Sequence record: SRR31156797_4473
Strand: one strand, 5' to 3'
DNA: 64,000 nucleotides
Numbering within the stretch: position 1 is the first letter of the stretch; every line of letters starts with the position of its first letter. The position numbers were made by a program, and so were the translations under genes. Shown piece after piece: positions 31,161-40,808 of the stretch. The notes under the pieces are model-generated. The model saw only the letters and a program-made list of their open reading frames with translations. It made no database searches and had not been told where the DNA came from.

Positions 31161-31745
31161 TTACTCTGTCGGTGCTGGGCCACTTGAAACAACTACCTGA
31201 GCATGGCGTAACACCCTGTCCTTGAATCGATACCCCTTGGCAAACTCACGTAGGACATGATTGGCTGGAACCTCATTGCTGTTTTCCATGGTCAAGGCAT
31301 CCTGCTCATCAGGATTAAACTCTTGCCCCACAGCATCCAAAGATTCAACACCGAATTTCTCAAGAGTTCCGACCAAGCCTTTCTGGGTGAGATCCAACCC
31401 TTCGAGCATTGACTCAAGCTTCGCACTCACATCGCCGGTTTCTGCTTTCCCCTGATCAATTGCCCGATCAAGATTGTCAAGTGTTGCCAGTAACTCACGC
31501 AGAATATTTTCTCCAGCGTACTTCATGAGTTTACTCTGCTCGCGCTCCATTCTTTTTTTGAAATTTTCAAATTCAGCAGCGACGCGAAGCAGTTTATCCT
31601 TTGCAGCCTCAAGTTCTTCCTGCAGATCTGCTTCCTGCTGTTCCCCAGATTCTTCGGCAACAGATTCCACATCGCCAAGCTCTTCGGGAACTGCAGTTTC
31701 TTCCTCCAGGTCAACCGGCTGCTGCTCTTTGGTCTTTTCTACCAC
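31161..31745 (-). CDS. grpE: Nucleotide exchange factor GrpE
   Basis: LRVAAEFENFKKR, LDNLDRA, KGYRFKDRVLR. GTG31745 follows AAGGAG...GAG. Confidence 0.95.
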   Translation of the reverse strand: MVEKTKEQQPVDLEEETAVPEELGDVESVAEESGEQQEADLQEELEAAKDKLLRVAAEFENFKKRMEREQSKLMKYAGENILRELLATLDNLDRAIDQGKAETGDVSAKLESMLEGLDLTQKGLVGTLEKFGVESLDAVGQEFNPDEQDALTMENSNEVPANHVLREFAKGYRFKDRVLRHAQVVVSSGPAPTE

Positions 31746-31838
31746 CTCAAGTCTCCTTCTCACTAAGTATATTTCCACCGTATCGTTGAGCTGTTATTAC
31801 GGACAAACCAATCGACCGGCCAGATAAATCTGGTGGCA

Positions 31839-31867
31839 ACAATAAGTATGGCAAAAACCAGTGTCAA
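31839..31867 (-). promoter_or_regulatory. Candidate promoter for grpE-dnaK
   Basis: Minus strand CCC-TTGACA-17 nt-TATTGT. The CTTGA...CCATA arrangement also loosely resembles a sigma32 promoter. Confidence 0.5.
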
Positions 31868-32118
31868 GGGTGGGAAAAATCAATTTAAGCAGGAAAAAAA
31901 AAGGAATGTAAAGCCTTTCACATATTACGCGGCCAAACCTAAAGACAACACGAAGAGAATTATTACACCTCCACTTATAAGGTGGCACCGGCAAACGATG
32001 CATTAACACAACAGTAAATGCAACTCTATGAAACCCAATAGAAATATTTTTGACATGCCGAGGAGGAATTAAGCAATCCGAGACAGCCGAAAAACATCTC
32101 ATTCACGAAAAAATCGAC

Positions 32119-32291
32119 GTAACTACTCAGCATCACTCCCGGAGTTTGCGCTTATCGTTGCGTACAAGCAGGCAGGAAAATAAAGCATTCAACACAAAAG
32201 TGCCCTGCCTGCTTGTACGCATTCGGAACACTGTTGAACAGTTACAGGTCAAGGGTAAAACGAAATTATTTATTATTCGCTGGATAGTTAC
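32119..32291 (+). repeat. Dispersed intergenic hairpin repeat, copy A (best preserved)
   Basis: Ends gtaactactcagc / gctggatagttac, with an extra internal right end gttgaacagttac at 32233-32245. Perfect 18-bp inverted repeat 32159-32176/32204-32221. Confidence 0.8.
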
Positions 32292-34195
32292 GAATCGATG
32301 TTTACATCATCGGCAGAGGGCTTATAAAAGCAGTAAGTATTTCGCCCCTGTTCCTTGGCCTTGTACAAAGCCATATCCGCGTACTTGATCACTCCATCAA
32401 TGATGGATGAATCATCAGGATAGAGGGCAATACCGATACTCGTTGAAATAGTAATGACATGTTCTTTAATATGCACTTGTTCCTGCATGACACCAACAAT
32501 TTTCTCAGCTATTGCTGCCACATCTTTTTTGCTGCCTATCCCGTCAAGTACAAAGACAAATTCATCACCGCCCAACCGTGCCACAGTGTCCGAAGCTCGG
32601 CACTGCCGTTTGAGTCGATCAGCTACCTCCACCAACAGGTCATCACCAACATCATGACCAAGCGTATCGTTAATCTGTTTAAAACGGTCGAGGTCAAGAT
32701 ACATAACCGCCACGCTCTTCTGTATCCGGCCAGCTTTTATCAGTGCCTGATTTAGCCTGTCTCTAAACAGCAGCCTGTTTGGCAAACCGGTTAAAGTGTC
32801 ATGGTGGGCAAGCCGATAGAGTTTGGATTGACTGTCCCGAAGTTCGTCTTCAATCCGCAACCTGTCCGTAACATCCCTGGCAACTTCAATAATGCCGTAA
32901 AGCTGCCCTTCGGCGTTTCTTAATGGCGAAACATCGAGTTCAAAGGTATTATTAATGCTGTTGCCATGGTAAGGATTATGAATCAGTTTCACCTGGCTCT
33001 CTTTCTCCCGAATTGCCTTGATGGGACAGGGATAGCGTGGATTATTGCAGGGACCTCCAGCATTGCAAAAGAGTTCATAGCATTTCCTGCCCTGCATGGA
33101 GCCAGCTGGCGCAGAAGCGTTAATCAGCCCGACTGCAGTCCGGTTAATAAGCAGAATGTCATATTGCAGATCAATGACCATGACCGGGTCACCGGCACTG
33201 TCAATAACCGTCTGCAAAAAATTTCGCTCATGATCAACGGTATCATGCAGCTGTTGCTGGATCGCGGCAAGTGCCTGTTCCCTATGCTTTTGCAGGGTGA
33301 TATTCTGGTGGGTCCCGGTCATCCTGACCGGCATATTCTTTTCATCACGTTTAACAACTCTTCCCCTATCAAGATACCAGGCCCACTCGCCAGCAACGTC
33401 TTTTACCCGGTATTCAATTCTATACTCTTCACTTTCCCCTTCCAGATGCGCGTTTAATATGGACAACACCTTATCTTTATCGTCTGGGTGGATAACTCTT
33501 TTAGTTGGCCCAGGACCTCCATCCCCGCTTCGGTAATCCAGGTATTCCTTTTGATTAGGGCTGGTGTACATCTCACCGGTCTGAATATTCCAATCCCATA
33601 GCCCAGCCTGTGAAGCAAGTAACGCGAGCTCATAACGTTCTTCAACCAGGCGCATCTCTTCTTCACGTTGTTTTGCATCTTCCTTATCAAACAACTGACG
33701 TAACGCATGAGCAACAGCCTCTCCAAGCTGGGAAAACGAGTCAACATCAATAACTGACGACTTTCCCTCACCAACAGGTAACCGCGTATGGGCCACCATA
33801 AAACCATACAATGCAGGTGTACACCTTATCGCTGTGCAGATACCTGTAAATGCCGATCCGTCAGGAAAGGTATCGCATACGATACATTTTTCTGATTTGC
33901 AAAAAAGTGTCGACAAACTAGGATCTTCCAGCAGCCGAAGTCCGCATGGAGGTAACCTCCCCTCACGCAGATGGGCCATAATCTCTTGAAAACGATCAGC
34001 AAACCCTGTTTCAGCAGTAATCATATTGCCGGTCGCCTCATCGATAAACACGATAAGCGATGATACAAACAGACTCTTAGTTATCAGCCTGTCACAAATA
34101 CCCTGCAACAGATTAGGAAGATCATTTTCTGTCAGGAGGTAGCGGTACACCTCATTCGTGGCCCTAAGCAACTCTTTTTGCTGGTCACATGCCAT
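32288..34195 (-). CDS. PAS-PAS-GGDEF diguanylate cyclase with Cys-rich GAF-like N-terminus
   Basis: GLWDWNI / IHPDD PAS, second PAS, AHHDTLTGLPNR, RASD I-site, ARLGGDEF. Confidence 0.93.
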   Translation of the reverse strand: MACDQQKELLRATNEVYRYLLTENDLPNLLQGICDRLITKSLFVSSLIVFIDEATGNMITAETGFADRFQEIMAHLREGRLPPCGLRLLEDPSLSTLFCKSEKCIVCDTFPDGSAFTGICTAIRCTPALYGFMVAHTRLPVGEGKSSVIDVDSFSQLGEAVAHALRQLFDKEDAKQREEEMRLVEERYELALLASQAGLWDWNIQTGEMYTSPNQKEYLDYRSGDGGPGPTKRVIHPDDKDKVLSILNAHLEGESEEYRIEYRVKDVAGEWAWYLDRGRVVKRDEKNMPVRMTGTHQNITLQKHREQALAAIQQQLHDTVDHERNFLQTVIDSAGDPVMVIDLQYDILLINRTAVGLINASAPAGSMQGRKCYELFCNAGGPCNNPRYPCPIKAIREKESQVKLIHNPYHGNSINNTFELDVSPLRNAEGQLYGIIEVARDVTDRLRIEDELRDSQSKLYRLAHHDTLTGLPNRLLFRDRLNQALIKAGRIQKSVAVMYLDLDRFKQINDTLGHDVGDDLLVEVADRLKRQCRASDTVARLGGDEFVFVLDGIGSKKDVAAIAEKIVGVMQEQVHIKEHVITISTSIGIALYPDDSSIIDGVIKYADMALYKAKEQGRNTYCFYKPSADDVNIDS

Positions 34196-34305
34196 CTTGC
34201 CTCCACACTTTTTTTAGCCTATCCATATGTACTCCCGCTTACGTCTTTCTTGCTGTATTTTAACATCCGCAGGGTTTGCCTAGGTAATAATACGATACAA
34301 AGCAG

Positions 34306-35664
34306 TTACTGTATATTATAAGTTTTCAGCTTATTCAAGAGTGTCTTTCGGGTAATTTGGAGACGACGGGCAGCTTCACTCCTGTTACCTCCGGTATCCT
34401 TGAGGGTATTGAGAATCAAGGCTTTTTCTGCATCTTTCAAGGTCGCTGGTTTTTTTTCCTTGCTGGCAGGATGCAAACCGGCCCACCGCTGGATCGGCAA
34501 CGGCAGCTCACCAACATCCAAGTATTCGCCCCGCATAAGAATCACCCCCCTCTCTATGGAATTTTCAAGCTCCCGTACATTGCCCGGCCATGGATATCGT
34601 ATTAGTATATCCATATACTCAGGCGTAATCCCCCGTACCTGACGAGAATTTTTTTCCGCAAACCGTCGTATAAAGAAATCGACCAATAACGGGATATCGC
34701 CATCACGATGTCGCAAAGGAGGGACTTCCAACACCACGACATTCAATCTGTAATATAAATCCTCACGAAAACGACCAGCTGTGACCTCTTCTTCCAGGTT
34801 ACGGTTGGTGGCTGTAATTATTCGAGCATCAACCTGCAGGGTTTCCTGGCCCCCAACCCTCTCCAGTTCATGTTCCTGAAGAACCCGCAGCAACTTAACC
34901 TGCATTGCCGGCGACGTCTCCCCTATTTCATCTAAAAACAAGGTCCCCCCCTGGGCCTGAACAAATCGTCCGTCTCTTCTCTTGTCAGCGCCGGTGAAGG
35001 CTCCACGTTCATGGCCAAACAGTTCTGACTCCAACAGATTTTCTGCAAGAGCGGCACAGTTCACCTTGACCAAGGGGCCTTTTTCCCGTTTGCTGTAATG
35101 ATGAATCGCTGAAGCAACCAGCTCCTTACCTGTCCCGGATTCCCCGTAAACAAGCACAGTCGCCTCTGTCGGTGCAACCTGCAGAATAAGCTGCCATAAA
35201 TGCTGCATTGCACCAGAATTACCGACAAATTGTTCATTTTCGCCAAAAGGTTGACCAACAACTGTCCCCTCCTCTCCCTTTTGACGGTGTCCCATGGCAA
35301 CCTCAAGAGTTTGTTTAAGTTTATCAAAATCAAGTGGCTTGGTCAGATAGTCATGGGCACCTTCTTTCATGGCAGATACCGCAGAGTCGATTGAAGAAAA
35401 AGCTGTCATAATCACCACCGGAATAGCCGGATTGATGGCATGAATCCGCTTAAGCGCTTCCATCCCATCCATGGCGGTCATGCGCACATCCATTACAATT
35501 GCATCATACGGCCCTTCTTCGACGGCTGCTACAGCTGTTGTACCGTCATCAGCCTCCCTGCTCTGCCACCCCCATTCTGAAAAAAGGGAGGCGAGCATGA
35601 AGCGGTGTACTTGTTCATCATCAACAATTAAAATTCTGCAGGTGTTCTTGTTACGGTCTTGCAT
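34306..35664 (-). CDS. Sigma54-dependent response regulator (NtrC/AtoC/ZraR family)
   Basis: REC (ILIVDDE, MDVRM, KP), [22 protein letters not shown], Fis-type HTH. Start uncertain (35664, 35688 or 35739). Confidence 0.93.
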   Translation of the reverse strand: MQDRNKNTCRILIVDDEQVHRFMLASLFSEWGWQSREADDGTTAVAAVEEGPYDAIVMDVRMTAMDGMEALKRIHAINPAIPVVIMTAFSSIDSAVSAMKEGAHDYLTKPLDFDKLKQTLEVAMGHRQKGEEGTVVGQPFGENEQFVGNSGAMQHLWQLILQVAPTEATVLVYGESGTGKELVASAIHHYSKREKGPLVKVNCAALAENLLESELFGHERGAFTGADKRRDGRFVQAQGGTLFLDEIGETSPAMQVKLLRVLQEHELERVGGQETLQVDARIITATNRNLEEEVTAGRFREDLYYRLNVVVLEVPPLRHRDGDIPLLVDFFIRRFAEKNSRQVRGITPEYMDILIRYPWPGNVRELENSIERGVILMRGEYLDVGELPLPIQRWAGLHPASKEKKPATLKDAEKALILNTLKDTGGNRSEAARRLQITRKTLLNKLKTYNIQ

Positions 35665-35726
35665 AGTAATATTTTCTTTTTTCTGCATATTAGGTATATG
35701 TTGGTTTCTATCTACAGGAGACATAA

Positions 35727-37022
35727 ATGGGACAGACACTGCACATCGAAAAAATCATCCATGGGGGTAACGGGCTAGGGCGTCTCGAAGACGGCTTAGT
35801 CGTAATGGTTCCTTTTGTACTACCAGGCGAACGAGTAGAGGTGAAAGAAAAAAAACGATCCAAAAAATTTATCCAGGCAGAACTTCTTGACATTATAGAA
35901 CCCTCTTCCAGCCGCATAACCCCACCATGTCCCTATTACATTCAATGCGGCGGTTGCAATCTCCAGCATATTGAATATCAGGAACAGCTTGCCTTAAAAC
36001 ACACTCTGCTCATAGAAACCCTGGAAAGAAGCAAAATACCACTGGCAACAGCTACTATCAACGGTACACTGCCTTCACCGCACCCCTTTGCTTACCGATA
36101 TCGCATCCGACTCCACCTGGACAACAAACAACGCCTGGGATTTCACAGGGTCGGCAGCAATCAGGTCATCCCCATATCCCGCTGCCTGTTGGCCACTGAT
36201 GCAATTAATAACAGTTTGCATATTTTCAGGACCAAATACCTGGATCAAAAACTGGCCGCCGCCTGGAAGGCGGTAGAGTTCATAGAGTCCCCGGCCACCG
36301 GTAAAGTCACCATTGTGCTCCATCCACGCCACCCCAACTCCAACAACCCTGCAACCAGCAACCTCAGCGAGGCGGCGACCTATATTGTTAGTAAAAACAA
36401 ACATAATTCTCGCAAAGCCCAATCCCCCTTGACCACTCCCCAGCTGCAGCAGCAGTTTACCTTTTCAGGTTCTGAATACACCTTATCCTGGGATAGTGAC
36501 TGTTTTTTCCAAACCAATGCAGAGCAAAACGAACAACTGGTATCACTGGTAGGGGAGAGACTCAGCTCAGCATCGCCAACCACCCTGTTGGACCTCTTTT
36601 GCGGAATAGGAAATTTCTCCATTCCCTTATTGCTCGGGGGATGGCAGGTCACAGGTATAGAACATAATCACCGCTCCATTGCATGGGCACGCAAAAATAG
36701 CGTTCATCCCGCTTCCAAGGCAACCATTTCCTTCCGGTGTGAAAACGTTACTCGATCACTCTCCCAATTTAATCAAAAAAATACCTGTTTCGATGTAGTT
36801 CTCCTCGATCCTCCCAGGCAGGGACTTGACAGAGAGGCCATAACAAATCTATTAGCAATCGCACCCAAAAAAATCGTCTACATATCCTGTGACCCTGCGA
36901 CCATGGCACGAGATCTTACCTATATATGTGAATCAGGTTATAGCGTCATGGATGTAACTCCTGTTGATATGTTTCCGCAAACACATCACATTGAATCGGT
37001 GATTGTTCTGGAAAAAAATTGA
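35727..37022 (+). CDS. rlmD: RNA (uracil-5-)-methyltransferase, TrmA/RlmD family with TRAM domain
   Basis: TRAM N-terminus, CPYYIQCGGC Fe-S motif, FFQTN, DLFCGIG, DPPR, YISCDP, DMFPQTHHIE. Confidence 0.85.
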   Translation: MGQTLHIEKIIHGGNGLGRLEDGLVVMVPFVLPGERVEVKEKKRSKKFIQAELLDIIEPSSSRITPPCPYYIQCGGCNLQHIEYQEQLALKHTLLIETLERSKIPLATATINGTLPSPHPFAYRYRIRLHLDNKQRLGFHRVGSNQVIPISRCLLATDAINNSLHIFRTKYLDQKLAAAWKAVEFIESPATGKVTIVLHPRHPNSNNPATSNLSEAATYIVSKNKHNSRKAQSPLTTPQLQQQFTFSGSEYTLSWDSDCFFQTNAEQNEQLVSLVGERLSSASPTTLLDLFCGIGNFSIPLLLGGWQVTGIEHNHRSIAWARKNSVHPASKATISFRCENVTRSLSQFNQKNTCFDVVLLDPPRQGLDREAITNLLAIAPKKIVYISCDPATMARDLTYICESGYSVMDVTPVDMFPQTHHIESVIVLEKN

Positions 37023-37158
37023 CATCCAAACCACGACGCACTATTTATACTTGGTTTTGTAGGGTCTGCCCCTCTATCAAAAGACGATGGATTCGCAGTT
37101 GAACACCAGATACCGCTCTTATATCTTCCCCCAAATACTTACTTTTATATTTTAACTG

Positions 37159-38646
37159 ATGGAAACAACAAGCAATCTCCTTAAACAACGTCGAGAAAAA
37201 GCCGAAACACTTGCCCAGGAAGGCGTCAAGTTATTCAGCAACACCTTTACAGCTCCACAGGCAATAGCTGAAATCCTTCCCCAAGGCGAATCGCTCAGTG
37301 CTGAATCCCACGACGAAAGCGGGACCACCTATCGGGTTGCAGGACGAATCATGTCCATGCGAAAATTTGGCAAAGCTGCTTTTTTCCATGTCCAGGATAC
37401 ATCAGGAAAGATTCAGGTCTATGTGCGTAGAGACACCATTGGCAGCGACACCTTTGCTCTTTTCAAGAAATGGGATGTCGGTGATATCTTAGGGGTGGAA
37501 GGTAAGTTATTTAAAACCAAAGTTGGCGAAACCTCCATTGATGCCAGAACCTTGGTTATGATCTCTAAATCCCTGCGACCACTGCCTGAAAAATTTCACG
37601 GATTAACCGATGTCGAAACCAGGTACCGCCAGCGATATCTTGACTTGATCGTCAACCCGGAGACGAAGGAGACCTTTCAAAAACGGGTGGAAATCATCCG
37701 TCTGATTCGAGATTTCCTTAATAACCGCGGATACATGGAAGTGGAAACACCAATGATGCAGCCCGTTCCCGGCGGCGCAACAGCAAAGCCCTTCAAAACC
37801 CATCATAATGCGCTGGGCATGGATCTTTTCCTGCGGATTGCACCGGAACTCTATCTCAAACGTCTTCTAGTAGGTGGATTTGAAAGGGTTTTTGAAATTA
37901 ACAGAAACTTTCGCAATGAGGGATTATCCACTCGTCACAATCCCGAATTCACCATGCTCGAATTCTACCAAGCCTATGCAACCTATCATGACTTGATGGA
38001 TCTCACCGAGGAAATGGTTTCCTGGTTGGCAGCAGAAGTCACCGGTTCCATGGAACTTACCTACCAGGACATTCCCGTCAATCTAACACCTCCATGGCGT
38101 CGCCTGACAATGGATGAGGCTCTCGTACAGATAGGAGGTGTTGATGCCTCTGTACTGCAAGACGAGAAAGCTATTTTCAAACTTGTTGAAGAAAAAGGTA
38201 TTAAACTGCAACCCGACTCTGGGGTTGGCAAAGCCAAAACTGAGCTCTTTGAAGAACTGGTTGAAGAAAAGCTCATAGATCCAACTTTTATCACCTCCTA
38301 CCCGACCGAAGTATCGCCACTGGCTCGTCGTAATGAAGATGACCCGAGCGTGACCGACCGGTTTGAACTGTTTATTACCGGCAGGGAAATAGCTAATGCT
38401 TTTAGTGAATTAAACGACCCTGTCGATCAGCTGCAACGCTTTCAACAGCAAATTGATCAGCGGGGTGATGATGAAGAAATCCATCCAGTGCTTGATCATG
38501 ATTATGTCAGAGCTCTTGAGTACGGAATGCCGTCCGCAGCAGGTGAAGGTATAGGAATAGACAGGCTGGTTATGCTGTTGACAGATGCACCCTCTATCAG
38601 AGACGTCATCCTCTTTCCTCACTTGAAACCGGAAATAAAGGAGTAG
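37159..38646 (+). CDS. lysS: Lysine--tRNA ligase (class II)
   Basis: RYRQRYLDL, LRIAPELYLKRL, FRNEG, GIGIDRL. Confidence 0.98.
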   Translation: METTSNLLKQRREKAETLAQEGVKLFSNTFTAPQAIAEILPQGESLSAESHDESGTTYRVAGRIMSMRKFGKAAFFHVQDTSGKIQVYVRRDTIGSDTFALFKKWDVGDILGVEGKLFKTKVGETSIDARTLVMISKSLRPLPEKFHGLTDVETRYRQRYLDLIVNPETKETFQKRVEIIRLIRDFLNNRGYMEVETPMMQPVPGGATAKPFKTHHNALGMDLFLRIAPELYLKRLLVGGFERVFEINRNFRNEGLSTRHNPEFTMLEFYQAYATYHDLMDLTEEMVSWLAAEVTGSMELTYQDIPVNLTPPWRRLTMDEALVQIGGVDASVLQDEKAIFKLVEEKGIKLQPDSGVGKAKTELFEELVEEKLIDPTFITSYPTEVSPLARRNEDDPSVTDRFELFITGREIANAFSELNDPVDQLQRFQQQIDQRGDDEEIHPVLDHDYVRALEYGMPSAAGEGIGIDRLVMLLTDAPSIRDVILFPHLKPEIKE

Positions 38647-38699
38647 AAAAGCGCTCTCAACAGCTCCATATAAAACACCACTCTAATAGAATAAAATCT

Positions 38700-39926
38700 A
38701 TGCCGTCTTTTGAATGGTTTATCTGCCTGCGCTACCTCAAAGCCAAGAGGCAGCAGAAATTTATTTCCCTGATCACGGTAATCTCTGTTTTAGGGGTTGC
38801 CGTTGGAGTTTTGGCACTGATTGTTGTACTCAGTGTCTATACTGGTTTTACCCAGGGCTTACGAGACCAGATCATAGGCATCAACGCTCATGTTCTCGTT
38901 CAATCCTACGGCGGCTCAATAAACAACGTTGACCATGTTCTTGATCGGCTGGGGAAGACGGAAGGAGTCGTGGCTGCGACACCTTACGTCTATGGTCAGG
39001 CACTTATCTCCTCCAGCAAAAACTCCACAGGAATCGTTCTTAGGGGGATTGATCCGACAACCGCAGCCAAAGTCATCACCATTGACAAGGTTATGCAGTC
39101 AGGCCGCTTGCAAGACCTGCAGAATACTATCGGCTTTCCTTCAATTATCCTCGGGGTGGAGCTTGCCAAAAGCCTCCGCGTAACCATCGGTGACAAAGTA
39201 CGTCTCATCTCACCCAACGGCCCACTGTCCCCCATGGGGATACTCCCTAAGATTAAGACCTGTTTACTGGTTGGAGTGTTTGAAACCGGGATGTATGAAT
39301 ATGATTCCACCATTGGCTACACAAACCTGGCCACTGCTCGCACCCTTACCGGACTGGACAAGGGAGTACACGGAATTGAGGTCAAGGTAAAAGACGTTGA
39401 TACGGCGGACCAAACGGCAGGTACCATAGAAAAAGCGCTTGGCCCTGGCTACTCCGTACGCGACTGGATGCAGATCAACCAAAATCTTTTTGCAGCCTTA
39501 AAGCTTGAAAAAGTTGGGATTTTTATTGCGCTGGACCTCATAATCCTAGTCGCTGCACTGAACATCATCAGTGCGCTGATTATGGTGGTCATGGAAAAAA
39601 CAAGAGATATCGCCATCCTTAAATCCATGGGGGCGACCACTGGCTCCATCATGCGCATCTTTTTTTACCAGGGAGCGGTTATCGGCCTTTGCGGAACGAC
39701 TCTGGGTGTCGTAAGTGGACTTGCATTATGCGGCATCCTCAAACGCTACAAAATCATTGAACTTCCCAGCAATGTCTACCCCATGTCAACTATGCCTATC
39801 ACCGTGGTTCCGTTTGACGTAGTACTCATAGCGGTTTCAGCCATACTCATTACCCTGTTAGCCACCCTCTATCCTTCATGGAAAGCTTCGAAAATTCGAC
39901 CTGCTGAGGCATTGACCTATGAGTAA
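38700..39926 (+). CDS. lolC: Lipoprotein-releasing ABC transporter permease LolC/E
   Basis: LRYLKAKR..FISLIT, DIAILKSMGA, ATLYPSWKAS..PAEAL. Confidence 0.9.
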   Translation: MPSFEWFICLRYLKAKRQQKFISLITVISVLGVAVGVLALIVVLSVYTGFTQGLRDQIIGINAHVLVQSYGGSINNVDHVLDRLGKTEGVVAATPYVYGQALISSSKNSTGIVLRGIDPTTAAKVITIDKVMQSGRLQDLQNTIGFPSIILGVELAKSLRVTIGDKVRLISPNGPLSPMGILPKIKTCLLVGVFETGMYEYDSTIGYTNLATARTLTGLDKGVHGIEVKVKDVDTADQTAGTIEKALGPGYSVRDWMQINQNLFAALKLEKVGIFIALDLIILVAALNIISALIMVVMEKTRDIAILKSMGATTGSIMRIFFYQGAVIGLCGTTLGVVSGLALCGILKRYKIIELPSNVYPMSTMPITVVPFDVVLIAVSAILITLLATLYPSWKASKIRPAEALTYE

Positions 39927-40602
39927 GGCGAAAATCTTACTGCTCCAGGCTAAAGGCATCTGCAAGGCCTTTCACCAAGGGCAGCAGTCAATCCATGTTC
40001 TCAATCATGTGGACCTTGATGTTCATAAATGTGAGATGACAGCTATTGTCGGGGCATCAGGTTCGGGCAAAACAACCTTGCTCCAAATCCTTGGCACCCT
40101 GGATCAGCCTGATAGCGGCCAACTCATGTTTGACGGCAGAGATCTCACCACCCTCGCTGACGGCGAAATTGCCGCACACCTTAACACCAACATCGGTTTT
40201 ATCTTCCAGTTTCATCACCTGTTGCCCGAATTTACAGCACTTGAAAATATAATAATGCCTGGCCTTATCCAGGGGATGAAACGCGACCTCCTTGAAACTA
40301 ACGCAAGGGACCTGCTTGCTAAAATCGACCTCCAGCAACGAAGCAACCATAGAACAGGAGAGTTGTCAGGAGGCGAACAGCAACGAATCGCCCTTGCAAG
40401 AGCCTTGGTTATGAAACCAGCCCTGCTGTTTGCAGACGAGCCAACTGGTAATTTAGATTCTGTAAGTGGAGAAAAGGTCTTTAACCTGCTGCGTGAGCTT
40501 ACCGATTCCATGGGCCTCAGCGTCATCATGGTCACCCATAATATGCAAATAGCGGGAAGAATGGACAGATGCCTGACCTTGCAAGACGGTAATCTGTCAT
40601 GA
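39919..40602 (+). CDS. lolD: Lipoprotein-releasing ABC transporter ATPase LolD
   Basis: GASGSGKT, GFIFQFHHLLPEF LolD motif, LSGGEQQR, ADEPTGNLD. Confidence 0.93.
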   Translation: MSKAKILLLQAKGICKAFHQGQQSIHVLNHVDLDVHKCEMTAIVGASGSGKTTLLQILGTLDQPDSGQLMFDGRDLTTLADGEIAAHLNTNIGFIFQFHHLLPEFTALENIIMPGLIQGMKRDLLETNARDLLAKIDLQQRSNHRTGELSGGEQQRIALARALVMKPALLFADEPTGNLDSVSGEKVFNLLRELTDSMGLSVIMVTHNMQIAGRMDRCLTLQDGNLS

Positions 40603-40808
40603 TACAATCTCTATCAATCGCATCGCTTAACATCACACTTTTCGTGTCCCACAAGCATCCTTCCCTCTATTGAGAGTGTTGCACCATAAGAAGGTTCGCC
40701 CTTTACAAAGAGTAAAATAGGCACCCTGTCGCCCAGCTGACAACAGGCTTTTTCTGAAACGGTTTTGCAATAAGTTGGCTGAAATATATTTTGTTTCTTA
40801 TAAGCAAG

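Noticed and set aside
31975..31995. T-box-like AAGGTGGCACCG
   Set aside because: On the plus strand with no co-oriented downstream gene and no stem I or terminator; no T-box is seen upstream of trpS either.
32119..32291. Possible CRISPR array or integron attC interpretation of the repeats
   Set aside because: Copies are dispersed, long and degenerate, with no regular repeat-spacer period, no cas genes or integrase, and ends do not fit RYYYAAC...GTTRRRY.
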